A stretch of DNA of 57,521 nt, filler included, from Candidatus Hydrogenedentota bacterium (GTDB taxonomy: Bacteria; JBFMHD01), in the NCBI GenBank assembly GCA_040752395.1. It is 3 parts of 3 records of this genome, joined end to end, with 100 filler letters (N's around TTAATTAATTAA, not from the genome) between each part and the next. Parts side by side here need not be neighbours in the genome. Positions count along the whole stretch, not along the records: positions 31,102 to 44,434 come from JBFMHD010000062.1; positions 44,535 to 57,521 come from JBFMHD010000063.1; 1 more part is not named here. One strand, written 5' to 3'. Position 1 is the first letter of the stretch, and each line of letters starts with the position of its first letter. The translations under genes were made by a program, and so were the position numbers. This document shows, piece by piece, positions 39,823 to 47,947 of this stretch. The notes beneath the pieces are model-generated. The model made no database searches. It saw only the letters and a program-made list of their open reading frames with translations, and was not told the DNA's origin.

Positions 39823-41322
39823 TCATCCATATGCTTTTAATATCTCTACTCTATCCCGACCATTAATCTTTGCTTTATACAAAGCTGCATCAGTATTATC
39901 AATCAGTCCAAGAAAACCCATTCCAGCATAATATTCTGCTATTCCCGCGCTTAGTGTCACATTAAACTCATTTGTCTTATAATTAAATTTTTCTCTTTTA
40001 ATTCTATCTCTTATAGATTCTGCTATATTTAAACTCTCTGAAATATCCTCATCCGTAATCACAGCTATCTCCTCACCGCCATATCTGCAAGGAATAGATC
40101 CTCTATCTCTGCAAACATCCTTTATCACGCAACCAACTCTTTTTAACACCTCATCACCTATGGTATGCCCCATTGTATCATTTATTTTTTTGAAATAATC
40201 TATGTCTATTAAAATCAGTGAAAGTTTATTAATATTTTCTTTATTATCAATTTTTTCTGTTTTCTCTCTAATAATTCTGTCAAAATAGCCTCTGTTATAT
40301 AATTCTGTCAGCTGATCTTTAATAGCCTGATTATAAAGTATAGCTTTAGATATCCTTGACTTAAAATATTCTTCAATCATCTCGATCCAACCCTCTGGTA
40401 TATCCCCTCGTTCCTCGCCCTTATTAATGCAAATTATGTTATATTCATTATCTACCTCCCAGTTATAAGCAGGGAAACGTTCTTTCATATAATCTATAAA
40501 ATATTGAATAATTGTAGCCGGCTCTTCTTCAAGTTCGCCTAATTTAATAAACAAATCTGATGATATAAGTAAACTTCTCATAGCATCTTTGTTTATACTC
40601 ATTCTTTTTAATACAGCAGGGCAACCAAACTGAATATTACATACTTCACACCATTCTGATTCATTTGTTTCGAACCTGTTCATACTAAAGCATTCATCGA
40701 GATTCTCAATTATTCTGTTTATAGTATCTGTATCGTATAAATCATCCTTTCTGATTGATATGATACTTCTGGTGTATAAATTGTAGCGGGTAAAACTTTG
40801 TATCTCTATACCGAGTAACAGATTAATAAGATATCTTATGAAACTCACCTCAAGTTTTAATAATTTTTCTACTTCTTTTGTTTTTCTTATTCTATGTTCA
40901 ATAACATCAAAAGTATCTGTTCGGTCCAATCTTTGAAGATAATAATACATTACATAATTATTTTTATTAATGCTCAGGTATCGGTTCTGTAAATACGCTT
41001 CTTTTTCTGTATCAATAGAATAATATAACCATTCAAGCATCTCCAGGGCTTTATTCCCAAATTCCTTCTCCATTTTAATATTATCGAAAACAGATTTATT
41101 CCAATTATTACGAAGCAATGATTTTAATCTATTAAGACTTCTATCTTCATTATCAACAGAGAAAAAATCACCGATGGTTTTAATTATGGATTTATATTGC
41201 GCCAGATAATATCCTGTTTCTTTATCTTTATCTTTAAAAAGCTTGTCCTTGCATACTATATTGAACCTGTATGGGCAGAGATAAAATATCGCCATATCGT
41301 GTGGATTAACATTTAATAACAT
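39823..41322 (-). CDS. GGDEF diguanylate cyclase with N-terminal degenerate Fe-S PD-(D/E)XK nuclease-like domain
   Basis: DQLTELYNR, IDIDYFK.IND..GH..GD, RYGGEE; N-terminal CPYRF and CEVCNIQFGCP four-Cys staple. Confidence 0.85.
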   Translation of the reverse strand: MLLNVNPHDMAIFYLCPYRFNIVCKDKLFKDKDKETGYYLAQYKSIIKTIGDFFSVDNEDRSLNRLKSLLRNNWNKSVFDNIKMEKEFGNKALEMLEWLYYSIDTEKEAYLQNRYLSINKNNYVMYYYLQRLDRTDTFDVIEHRIRKTKEVEKLLKLEVSFIRYLINLLLGIEIQSFTRYNLYTRSIISIRKDDLYDTDTINRIIENLDECFSMNRFETNESEWCEVCNIQFGCPAVLKRMSINKDAMRSLLISSDLFIKLGELEEEPATIIQYFIDYMKERFPAYNWEVDNEYNIICINKGEERGDIPEGWIEMIEEYFKSRISKAILYNQAIKDQLTELYNRGYFDRIIREKTEKIDNKENINKLSLILIDIDYFKKINDTMGHTIGDEVLKRVGCVIKDVCRDRGSIPCRYGGEEIAVITDEDISESLNIAESIRDRIKREKFNYKTNEFNVTLSAGIAEYYAGMGFLGLIDNTDAALYKAKINGRDRVEILKAYG

Positions 41323-41323
41323 A

Positions 41324-42508
41324 TTAAAAATTTACTTTCTTTTTATCCTGCGGTTTCATAAGCCTGTGATAAAAATATCTATAGACATCATCTTTTAGAC
41401 TAACAATCAGTCTTATCATTGGTTGATAACCCACGACTTTCAAAAGCGGGTTTATTTTATCCTCGTCAGACACATCATATATAATAGGTTTGTCAATACC
41501 CTGAGCTATAATATAGTAATTATCGCAATTTATTTCATTTAAGATACAATCAGAAATAAATATTCTATGCATCCCAAATTTATCTATCAATTTTCTCAAA
41601 CTGAAATCAGTTTTAACGAACAAACTCAATCCATTATCAAGACACTGTATATTCATCTCAAAATTATCTTTTATTATCAATTTCATATCAGATTCAATGT
41701 AATACAGATTGACGTCCATTTTCAAAATCGTCTCAATATATTCATTATCTAAAAGCGAGATAATATCTTTGTAACATAATATAATTTTTTTATTATCAAG
41801 CGATATCTTTTCAAGATAAGAAAGATAATATCTATAAAACTCTGGTACTGGATTAGTTATTAATATGCTATCCTGTACACCATTTAACATCCTTTTAATT
41901 AATATCTTATAATTATCTTCATCTATTATCTCCAGATTTTTATATTCTTTTATATCCCCAAAAATGCCATCAATTTTTTCTTTAATATTTTTTAATTCAG
42001 CAATGGTTTCGCTGTGACTTAATATTTTTTCTGTTTTTATTCTTTCTTTCTGTATCCTGTTCCATTCTTCTTCTATCAGTTCCCGTTGTTTTGATAGTTC
42101 ATACTTAAGTTTTTCTCTTGCATCTTTTTCAATGTTTAAGCGAAATTCATCGAATTTAACTCGCCATCTGTTTTCGGTCTCCTGCAGCTTATTTCTGTTT
42201 TCTTCCTGAAGATTTTTATTTTTAATCTCTAATCCCATATTTATCCCTTTCAATTTATTAACTTCTTCATATAACTCCATATTACTTTTTCGTAATCTTT
42301 TAAGGATATGTGAAAATATAATTATACCCGATAATAAGAAAACAAGTATAATAGCGAGAACAGGGATACCATACTTAACAGTAAATGTTTTAGGGTCAAG
42401 CAGCTCAAGATACAATAAAACCTCTATAACTATTACTGGGAAAGAAAGCAATATCCCAAGAATTATTATATTAAATATTCTATCAAAACTACTTAATTCC
42501 CTTTGCAT
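41324..42508 (-). CDS. 2-TM coiled-coil protein with degenerate PLD-like domain
   Basis: Two N-terminal TMs, long E/K/Q coiled coil, then DSILITNP..DMKLIIKD (HxKxxxxD with H to D); 1-nt gap to the GGDEF gene. Confidence 0.6.
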   Translation of the reverse strand: MQRELSSFDRIFNIIILGILLSFPVIVIEVLLYLELLDPKTFTVKYGIPVLAIILVFLLSGIIIFSHILKRLRKSNMELYEEVNKLKGINMGLEIKNKNLQEENRNKLQETENRWRVKFDEFRLNIEKDAREKLKYELSKQRELIEEEWNRIQKERIKTEKILSHSETIAELKNIKEKIDGIFGDIKEYKNLEIIDEDNYKILIKRMLNGVQDSILITNPVPEFYRYYLSYLEKISLDNKKIILCYKDIISLLDNEYIETILKMDVNLYYIESDMKLIIKDNFEMNIQCLDNGLSLFVKTDFSLRKLIDKFGMHRIFISDCILNEINCDNYYIIAQGIDKPIIYDVSDEDKINPLLKVVGYQPMIRLIVSLKDDVYRYFYHRLMKPQDKKKVNF

Positions 42509-42562
42509 AAAATACGCATTATCCGTTTTTATAAAGTAAAGTCAAGTTTCATGTCTTATAAA

Positions 42563-43999
42563 TCAACCTTCTTTTTCATCACTGCGCCGAAAAGATAGTA
42601 AATCTGAAAGAAAATAACAAAACAAACCAGAGATTAAAAATACGACCCAGATTATTATCCATCGCTCATTTTTAAAATTTGAAACATCAATAATCCTTGT
42701 AAACGGGAATTCATTCAAAAATGCTATATCCAGATAAAATATCCGAACAAGACCTGAGAGTATTATCCCGCTTATGAGATTTAAATATGGTATAAAAACT
42801 AAGAGTTCAAAGATTGTGCTTAAACATAATATAATACTAAAGAATGGTACTATAATTATATTTGATATAAAAGAGCCTAAATATGTGATACTGCCAAAGT
42901 GGTATGCTATGATCGGAGTTGAGGCAAGCTGTGCAGGAATAGTAACAGAAATTATTCCTGCTAACCAGTCGGATAAAACTTTCTTCAAAATATCATTAAA
43001 TAATCTAACATATAACAAAATAAATAACGTCACTGCAAATGTTAATTGAAACCCGACAGAAAATAATTCCAGTGGTGAGAATAAAAGGATTACAAGCCCT
43101 GAGAACGATAGAGCTTGAAATTCGTCTCTTCTTTTATAAAAAATCATTCCTATCAAATAAAATATTATCATCAATCCAGCTCTTTCTGCGCTTGTGCAAA
43201 ATCCTGATTGAAATAAAAACAGAATAACACCTATTATAGAAATCACTGCTCTTTTTCTTAAATCATATACAAATCCAGATATCCCAACAAAAAGAGCACA
43301 AATTATTATCGTAACATTCAATCCTGATAGGGCAAGAAGATGCGTCAGCCCGGTCTCTTTAAAAACAATCGTGTCATCATACACGAATTCCCTCATCCCG
43401 AAAAGTATAGCTGATACGAACCCACCTTCTTTTTCTCCAATACAGGTAATTATCTTCCCAGATAAAAATAATCTTAATCTATCATATAATAAAGGCTGTC
43501 CTATCTCTTCTGTCTTATACGTTCTTGCTTTTAAAAAACTATTGAATATCCTTTCTTTAGAAAAGACACAGTACAAATTATATTTTCTATAGGGTTTTAT
43601 ACTGTGCGTTACATCTTCAATTAAAATTTTGTGAGTAAATTTTTGAGTCTTAATAAATTTATTTTTGTTATCCAGTGGTTCTGCATAACCCTGAATCAAT
43701 AAATAACCTTTATCAAATAGATAATTTTTTTCATCAATCAGTCTTTGGTTATAAATATTATATAAACTATTCCCGGTAAAAAAGAGAATAATAAATAATA
43801 TAAACGAAATAATTCTCAATAAATATACTTTTTTATTTTTACTTATCAATTTTAAAAATATAAATATTAAGGTAAGAACGATAAAAGAGATGAAATAACC
43901 CCAGTATCTATTCAATAATATTCCACTGATCATTCCGATAAAAGCGAATAATAAAGGTCTGCACAAAAATTCATCAAAATGTTTAACAATTCTACTCAC
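42563..43999 (-). CDS. comEC: ComEC/Rec2 competence protein (no C-terminal beta-lactamase-like domain)
   Basis: AILFG, GLTHLLALSGLNV, SAERA.LM, SVGFQL.F, P.IAYHFG, SNIIIVP. Confidence 0.9.
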   Translation of the reverse strand: MSRIVKHFDEFLCRPLLFAFIGMISGILLNRYWGYFISFIVLTLIFIFLKLISKNKKVYLLRIISFILFIILFFTGNSLYNIYNQRLIDEKNYLFDKGYLLIQGYAEPLDNKNKFIKTQKFTHKILIEDVTHSIKPYRKYNLYCVFSKERIFNSFLKARTYKTEEIGQPLLYDRLRLFLSGKIITCIGEKEGGFVSAILFGMREFVYDDTIVFKETGLTHLLALSGLNVTIIICALFVGISGFVYDLRKRAVISIIGVILFLFQSGFCTSAERAGLMIIFYLIGMIFYKRRDEFQALSFSGLVILLFSPLELFSVGFQLTFAVTLFILLYVRLFNDILKKVLSDWLAGIISVTIPAQLASTPIIAYHFGSITYLGSFISNIIIVPFFSIILCLSTIFELLVFIPYLNLISGIILSGLVRIFYLDIAFLNEFPFTRIIDVSNFKNERWIIIWVVFLISGLFCYFLSDLLSFRRSDEKEG

Positions 44000-44012
44000 A
44001 TTTTAAAGTTAT

Positions 44013-44252
44013 TTATTCTCTTCTTTCTTTTTTTTCTTTAAGTAATTTTCTTAAGCGTCTATTAATCCCTCTTATTTCTTTTTTTATTTCTCTAACTTTC
44101 TTCTTATCAGTTTTTTTAATCTCGGTGAGAAGTGTTTTAAGGGTTCTGATTTTTCTCTTAAGTTTATCCTTATTAGTTATTTCTTTTATTTGCTTTTCTT
44201 GTTTTTGCTCAATAGTTTGCTCTTTATTTTCAATTTTAAGTTCATCGTTCAT
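44013..44252 (-). CDS. small Lys/Arg-rich hypothetical protein
   Basis: GAGGAG RBS before ATG 44252 (MNDELK); basic helical sequence; 13 nt upstream of comEC. Confidence 0.65.
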   Translation of the reverse strand: MNDELKIENKEQTIEQKQEKQIKEITNKDKLKRKIRTLKTLLTEIKKTDKKKVREIKKEIRGINRRLRKLLKEKKERRE

Positions 44253-44290
44253 AATAACTCCTCTGAAAAACATTGTAATTATAATAATAT

Positions 44291-44434
44291 CAAGTAGAAG
44301 CAAGAAGCAAGATAACAGAAGAAGTGAGAGGTATCAGGACAGGCTACAGGCTACGGACTACAGCCGGCTGGAGCCAAAAGCCAAAAGCCTGCTGAAAAGT
44401 CTTGAGTCTTGAGTCTCGAGTCCTGTTTTGACTC
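44291..44434 (-). repeat. composite repeat element at contig end (near copy of 47416-47545)
   Basis: Reverse complement reads GAGTCAAAACAGGACTCGAGACTCAAGACT..TTTCAGCAGGCT..GCTGTAGTCCGTAGCCTGT..GTCCTGATACCTCTCACTTCT. Confidence 0.92.
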
Positions 44435-44534
44435 NNNNNNNNNNNNNNNNNNNNNNNNNNNNNNNNNNNNNNNNNNNNTTAATTAATTAANNNNNNNNNN
44501 NNNNNNNNNNNNNNNNNNNNNNNNNNNNNNNNNN
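44435..44534. other. assembly gap with artificial linker
   Basis: N44-TTAATTAATTAA-N44. Confidence 0.98.
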
Positions 44535-44747
44535 TATATTACAGGCAAAGACCATGATAGCGAGATTATGTATAATCTTTCCAGAGACCCGGATGAAAAT
44601 ATTGAGATTTCTGATACAAGATTAAGTGTTAGATTTAAATCAAAAATAGATACAATTAAAAAAACGTTGCCGGTTCATCCCAATTTTAAAAAACAAACTC
44701 ACAGCGAAGAATTAATTAAAGCCTTAAAAGGTTTAGGATATTTATAA
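44535..44747 (+). CDS. 3' end of sulfatase/alkaline-phosphatase-superfamily protein (5' part lost in gap)
   Basis: YITGKD..MYNLSRDPDE..EELIKALKGLGYL*; not in the ORF track. Confidence 0.75.
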   Translation, partial: YITGKDHDSEIMYNLSRDPDENIEISDTRLSVRFKSKIDTIKKTLPVHPNFKKQTHSEELIKALKGLGYL

Positions 44748-44758
44748 GAAAGATAACG

Positions 44759-44877
44759 AATTCTTTACTTTTAACTTTTCATAGGAGTACTCATGAGCGC
44801 GTTTGTGCTCTACACAATATATGAAAAACTAAAGATGATATGTTGGCTTCAGGCTCCGGGCTTCGGCCTACAGCCGG
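44759..44877 (+). repeat. composite repeat element
   Basis: TTCTTTACTTTTAACTTTT (reverse complement of the 31238 region); AGGAGTACTCA; 41-nt block with 3 mismatches to 47343-47383; GGCT heptamers. Confidence 0.9.
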
Positions 44878-45022
44878 AATACTGCACTAACCCACCTCTG
44901 ATTGATCGATTGCAAAGAATTGAAATTTTTTGTTGACCAATTATCGCTTTTAATTATAACCTTCCGAGATTTTGTACCGAAAGTACTGAGAGTAGGTAGC
45001 TGGAGATGATAGGAGAACCATT

Positions 45023-46780
45023 ATGACAACCTCAGTTGAAAAATGGGTTGAAGAACAGGCTGCTCTTGCAAAACCTGAAAAAATTTACTGGTGTGATGGA
45101 TCAGAAGAAGGAGCCCATAAACTTATTGAGATAGGGATTAAAGAAGAAAAGATTGAGGGACAACCTGTTTTTACTCAACTTAATAATAATACTTATCCGA
45201 ACTGTTATTATCATCGAAGTCATCCCACAGACGTGGCACGAACCGAACACCTCACTTATGTCTGCCACCCTGACAGATTAACTACAGGACCTAACAATAA
45301 CTGGATGGACCCTAAACAAGCTAAAGAATTATTAACTAAACTATCTGACGGTTGTATGAAGGGAAAGACAATGTATGTTCTGCCTTACATAATGGGGCAC
45401 CCAGATTCGCCTTATGCTAAAACTTGTATCCAGCTAACAGATATCTCGTATGTTGCCAGCAGTATGGGAATAATGACTCGAATGGGGAAATTTGTTTTAG
45501 ATAAGATTGGTAACTCTTTTAATTTTGTAAAGGGGTTTCATTCGGTAGGCGATTTTGATCCGAATAAACGCTTTATTATGCATTTCCCGAATGAAGATTT
45601 AGTCTGGAGCATAGGTTCGGGTTATGGCGGCAATGCGCTACTTGGCAAAAAATGTTTCTCTTTAAGAATCGCTTCGTATCTCGGGTTAAAAGAAAATTGG
45701 CTTGCTGAACATATGGTAATACTCGGTATCCAGGATCCTGAGGGTAATATCACTTATGTCACCATCGCGATGCCATCAGCCTCTGGTAAAACTAATCTCG
45801 CTATGCTTGAATCTACACTGCCTGGTTATAAAGTCTGGACCCTCGGTGATGATATCGCCTGGCTTAATATTGGACCTGATGGTAGATTATATGCAATGAA
45901 TCCTGAAACAGGTTTTTTTGGCGTCGCACCAGGCACATCCAGAAAAACTAATCCTAATATGATGAAAACCTTGCTCGCTAATAAATTTTATCCCACTCTT
46001 TTTACTAATACCGCATTAAATGCTGATACTAATGAACCCTGGTGGGAGGGTATGGATGGTCCGATGCCCCTAAATCTTATTGATTGGAAAGGAAACAAAT
46101 GGGTTAAAGCCGTGGAACCAAAAGCTGCACATCCTAATTCCCGATTCACTGTCTCTATCCATAATTGTCCAACATTATCTAAAGAATTTGATAACCCACA
46201 AGGTGTTCCTATCTCTGCTATAATTTTTGGCAGTAAAAGAACTCAGATTATACCGCTTGTTGTTGAATCATTCAACTGGCAGAATGGTGTATTTATGGGT
46301 GCTCGGCTCGGCTCTGAAACAACAGCAGCTGCTGCTGGTAAGGTCGGTGTTTTAAGACGAGACCCTATGGCTATGATCCCGTTTTGCGGCTATAATATGG
46401 GTGATTACTTCAGACATTGGCTTAATTTCGCTAAAAAATTGAAACACCCACCAAAAATATTCTCGGTTAACTGGTTTAGAACAAATGAAAAAGGCGAATA
46501 TCTCTGGCCCGGTTTCGGCGAAAATATTCGCATACTGAAATGGATCATTGATAGAGTGAATAATAAAGTTGGAGCCAATGAGATACCGCTTGGTTTCATT
46601 CCAAGGTTTGAAGATTTAAATTTAGAAGGTCTAAAAATAAAAAAAGAAGATTTTGAAGAATTATTTAAGTTTAAGAAAAACAAGTGGGATGATGAAATCT
46701 CAGATATCCATAAATTTTTCTCACAGTTTGAAGATAGACTACCACACGAACTGTATGATGAACTGCAATTCAGACACTAA
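45023..46780 (+). CDS. pckG: phosphoenolpyruvate carboxykinase (GTP)
   Basis: DVARTE, GSGYGGNALLGKKC, WLAEHM, PSASGKTN, GDDIAW, AHPNSRF, DPMAM.PF.GY. Confidence 0.97.
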   Translation: MTTSVEKWVEEQAALAKPEKIYWCDGSEEGAHKLIEIGIKEEKIEGQPVFTQLNNNTYPNCYYHRSHPTDVARTEHLTYVCHPDRLTTGPNNNWMDPKQAKELLTKLSDGCMKGKTMYVLPYIMGHPDSPYAKTCIQLTDISYVASSMGIMTRMGKFVLDKIGNSFNFVKGFHSVGDFDPNKRFIMHFPNEDLVWSIGSGYGGNALLGKKCFSLRIASYLGLKENWLAEHMVILGIQDPEGNITYVTIAMPSASGKTNLAMLESTLPGYKVWTLGDDIAWLNIGPDGRLYAMNPETGFFGVAPGTSRKTNPNMMKTLLANKFYPTLFTNTALNADTNEPWWEGMDGPMPLNLIDWKGNKWVKAVEPKAAHPNSRFTVSIHNCPTLSKEFDNPQGVPISAIIFGSKRTQIIPLVVESFNWQNGVFMGARLGSETTAAAAGKVGVLRRDPMAMIPFCGYNMGDYFRHWLNFAKKLKHPPKIFSVNWFRTNEKGEYLWPGFGENIRILKWIIDRVNNKVGANEIPLGFIPRFEDLNLEGLKIKKEDFEELFKFKKNKWDDEISDIHKFFSQFEDRLPHELYDELQFRH

Positions 46781-46787
46781 CGTTCTA

Positions 46788-46851
46788 AGGTTATTGCGTT
46801 TTGGGGTTATTGTGTGACACACAACAAGACCATAGACATCAGACTTAAGAG
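46788..46851. repeat. repeat patch after pckG
   Basis: GGTTATTG-type octamers; ACCATAGACATCAGACTTAA equals the reverse complement of 32995-33021 minus one 7-mer unit. Confidence 0.75.
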
Positions 46852-47145
46852 GTTAAGTGCTTTAGTGTTGGGGTAAATTTTCCCCTCATATTAATCAATT
46901 ACACTTATTTTATAAATAAAAATCTTGATAATAAAGAAATTAGACTTTATAAAATATAATACACAGCCTATTTCTCATCCTTTTAAGAGATATTTTTTAA
47001 TTTTAATGTTTTCAATGTATTTAATAATTAGTTTTTTAGATAAAAGATTAATGGCACAATAATAACCTTAAAAATTTTTAGTGAAAAAATATTTTAAAAA
47101 TATTCGATAAAATAGCAAAAAAGTCCTATAAATAAAGAAATTAGA

Positions 47146-47161
47146 AGGCACAATTTTTGCA
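47146..47161 (+). promoter_or_regulatory. sigma54-like -24/-12 promoter
   Basis: AGGCACAATTTTTGCA: GG-N10-GC spacing, close to TGGCACG-N4-TTGCA, in a long AT-rich spacer. Confidence 0.5.
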
Positions 47162-47296
47162 CATAATTTAAGCTATTATTATTATAGAGAAAGACTATAT
47201 ATAAATGTATTTATTTATATATTATTATATCTAAAAATTAAAATTCGTCAAGTAAATTTTTCAGAATTTTTTTTAACACCTTATTTTATACAAACG

Positions 47297-47563
47297 AGGA
47301 GTACTCAACTATTGGGTTATTGGGTTTTTGGGTTTTTGGGTTTTTGCGCTCTACACAAAGTATGAAAAACTAAAGATGATATGAAAAGAGTCGTGAGTCG
47401 TGAGTCGCAAGTCGTGAGTCAAAACAGGACTCAGGACTCGAGACTCAAGACTCGAGACTCAAGACTTTTCAGCAGGCTCTGGGCTTCGGGCTCCAGCCAG
47501 CTGTAGTCCGTAGCCTGTACCCTGTCCTGATACCTCTCACTTCTCACTTTTTACTTCTTACTT
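47297..47563 (+). repeat. longest composite repeat element
   Basis: AGGAGTACTCA; TT(A/T)TTGGG-type octamers; 41-nt core; (GAGTCGT)n-AAAACA-(GACTCRA)n hairpin; GGCT/AGCC module; CTTCTCA/CTTCTTA heptamers. Confidence 0.92.
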
Positions 47564-47609
47564 CGTGAAATTATTGGAATTACAATGTTTTTCAGAGGAG
47601 GTTTTACAA

Positions 47610-47840
47610 ATGTTTGAAAGAATATCTATCGATTCATCTGTATGTCACGGTCAAGCATGTATCAAAGGAACTCGGATACCTGTGCATCAAATTGTCGCTA
47701 TGCTTGCCAATGGCGATAGCATTGAAGATTTGCTTAATGAGTATCCGAATATCAGCAGAGAAGATGTGTTGGATTGTCTTGCTTATGCAAGCAAATTAGC
47801 TGAAGAAGAAATTACACCGATAGAAGAATTAGCTCAATGA
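47610..47840 (+). CDS. DUF433-family antitoxin
   Basis: MFERISID..VCHG..CIKGTRIPV..LANG..IEDLL.EYP; GAGGAG RBS before ATG 47610. Confidence 0.92.
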   Translation: MFERISIDSSVCHGQACIKGTRIPVHQIVAMLANGDSIEDLLNEYPNISREDVLDCLAYASKLAEEEITPIEELAQ

Positions 47841-47926
47841 ACATTCTTGTCGATGAGAACATTCCTAAAATGACGGTTTTTGAATTACAAAAGATGAAAT
47901 TTGAAGTCATTGATATTCGCGTATAA
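47837..47926 (+). pseudogene. truncated DUF5615 PIN-like toxin
   Basis: ATGA overlap with DUF433; MNILVDENIPKMTVFELQKMKFEVIDIRV* stops at 29 aa. Confidence 0.8.
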
Positions 47927-47947
47927 AATCATAAAAAGGAGAAAAGA

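Noticed and set aside
40615-41322. Cas4 as part of a CRISPR adaptation module
   Set aside because: No cas1/cas2 or array; catalytic residues are degenerate and the domain is fused to GGDEF
258-43592. Other 60-113 aa ORFs overlapping larger genes
   Set aside because: Antisense or out-of-frame to well-supported CDSs, with no recognisable motifs
44125-44412. 95-aa plus-strand ORF
   Set aside because: Antisense to the basic protein and reads through repeat DNA
44960-45022. Riboswitch in the pckG leader, or cobalamin/c-di-GMP riboswitches elsewhere
   Set aside because: Only a tiny hairpin; no recognisable conserved aptamer motifs seen by eye (an Rfam scan would be decisive)
45770-45796. PEPCK P-loop PSASGKT instead of the common PSACGKT
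   Set aside because: Single conservative change with all other motifs intact; not evidence of altered function
44759-47563. Repeats as a CRISPR array or integron attC sites
   Set aside because: No constant repeat with regular unique spacers, no cas or intI gene, and no clear RYYYAAC/GTTRRRY ends
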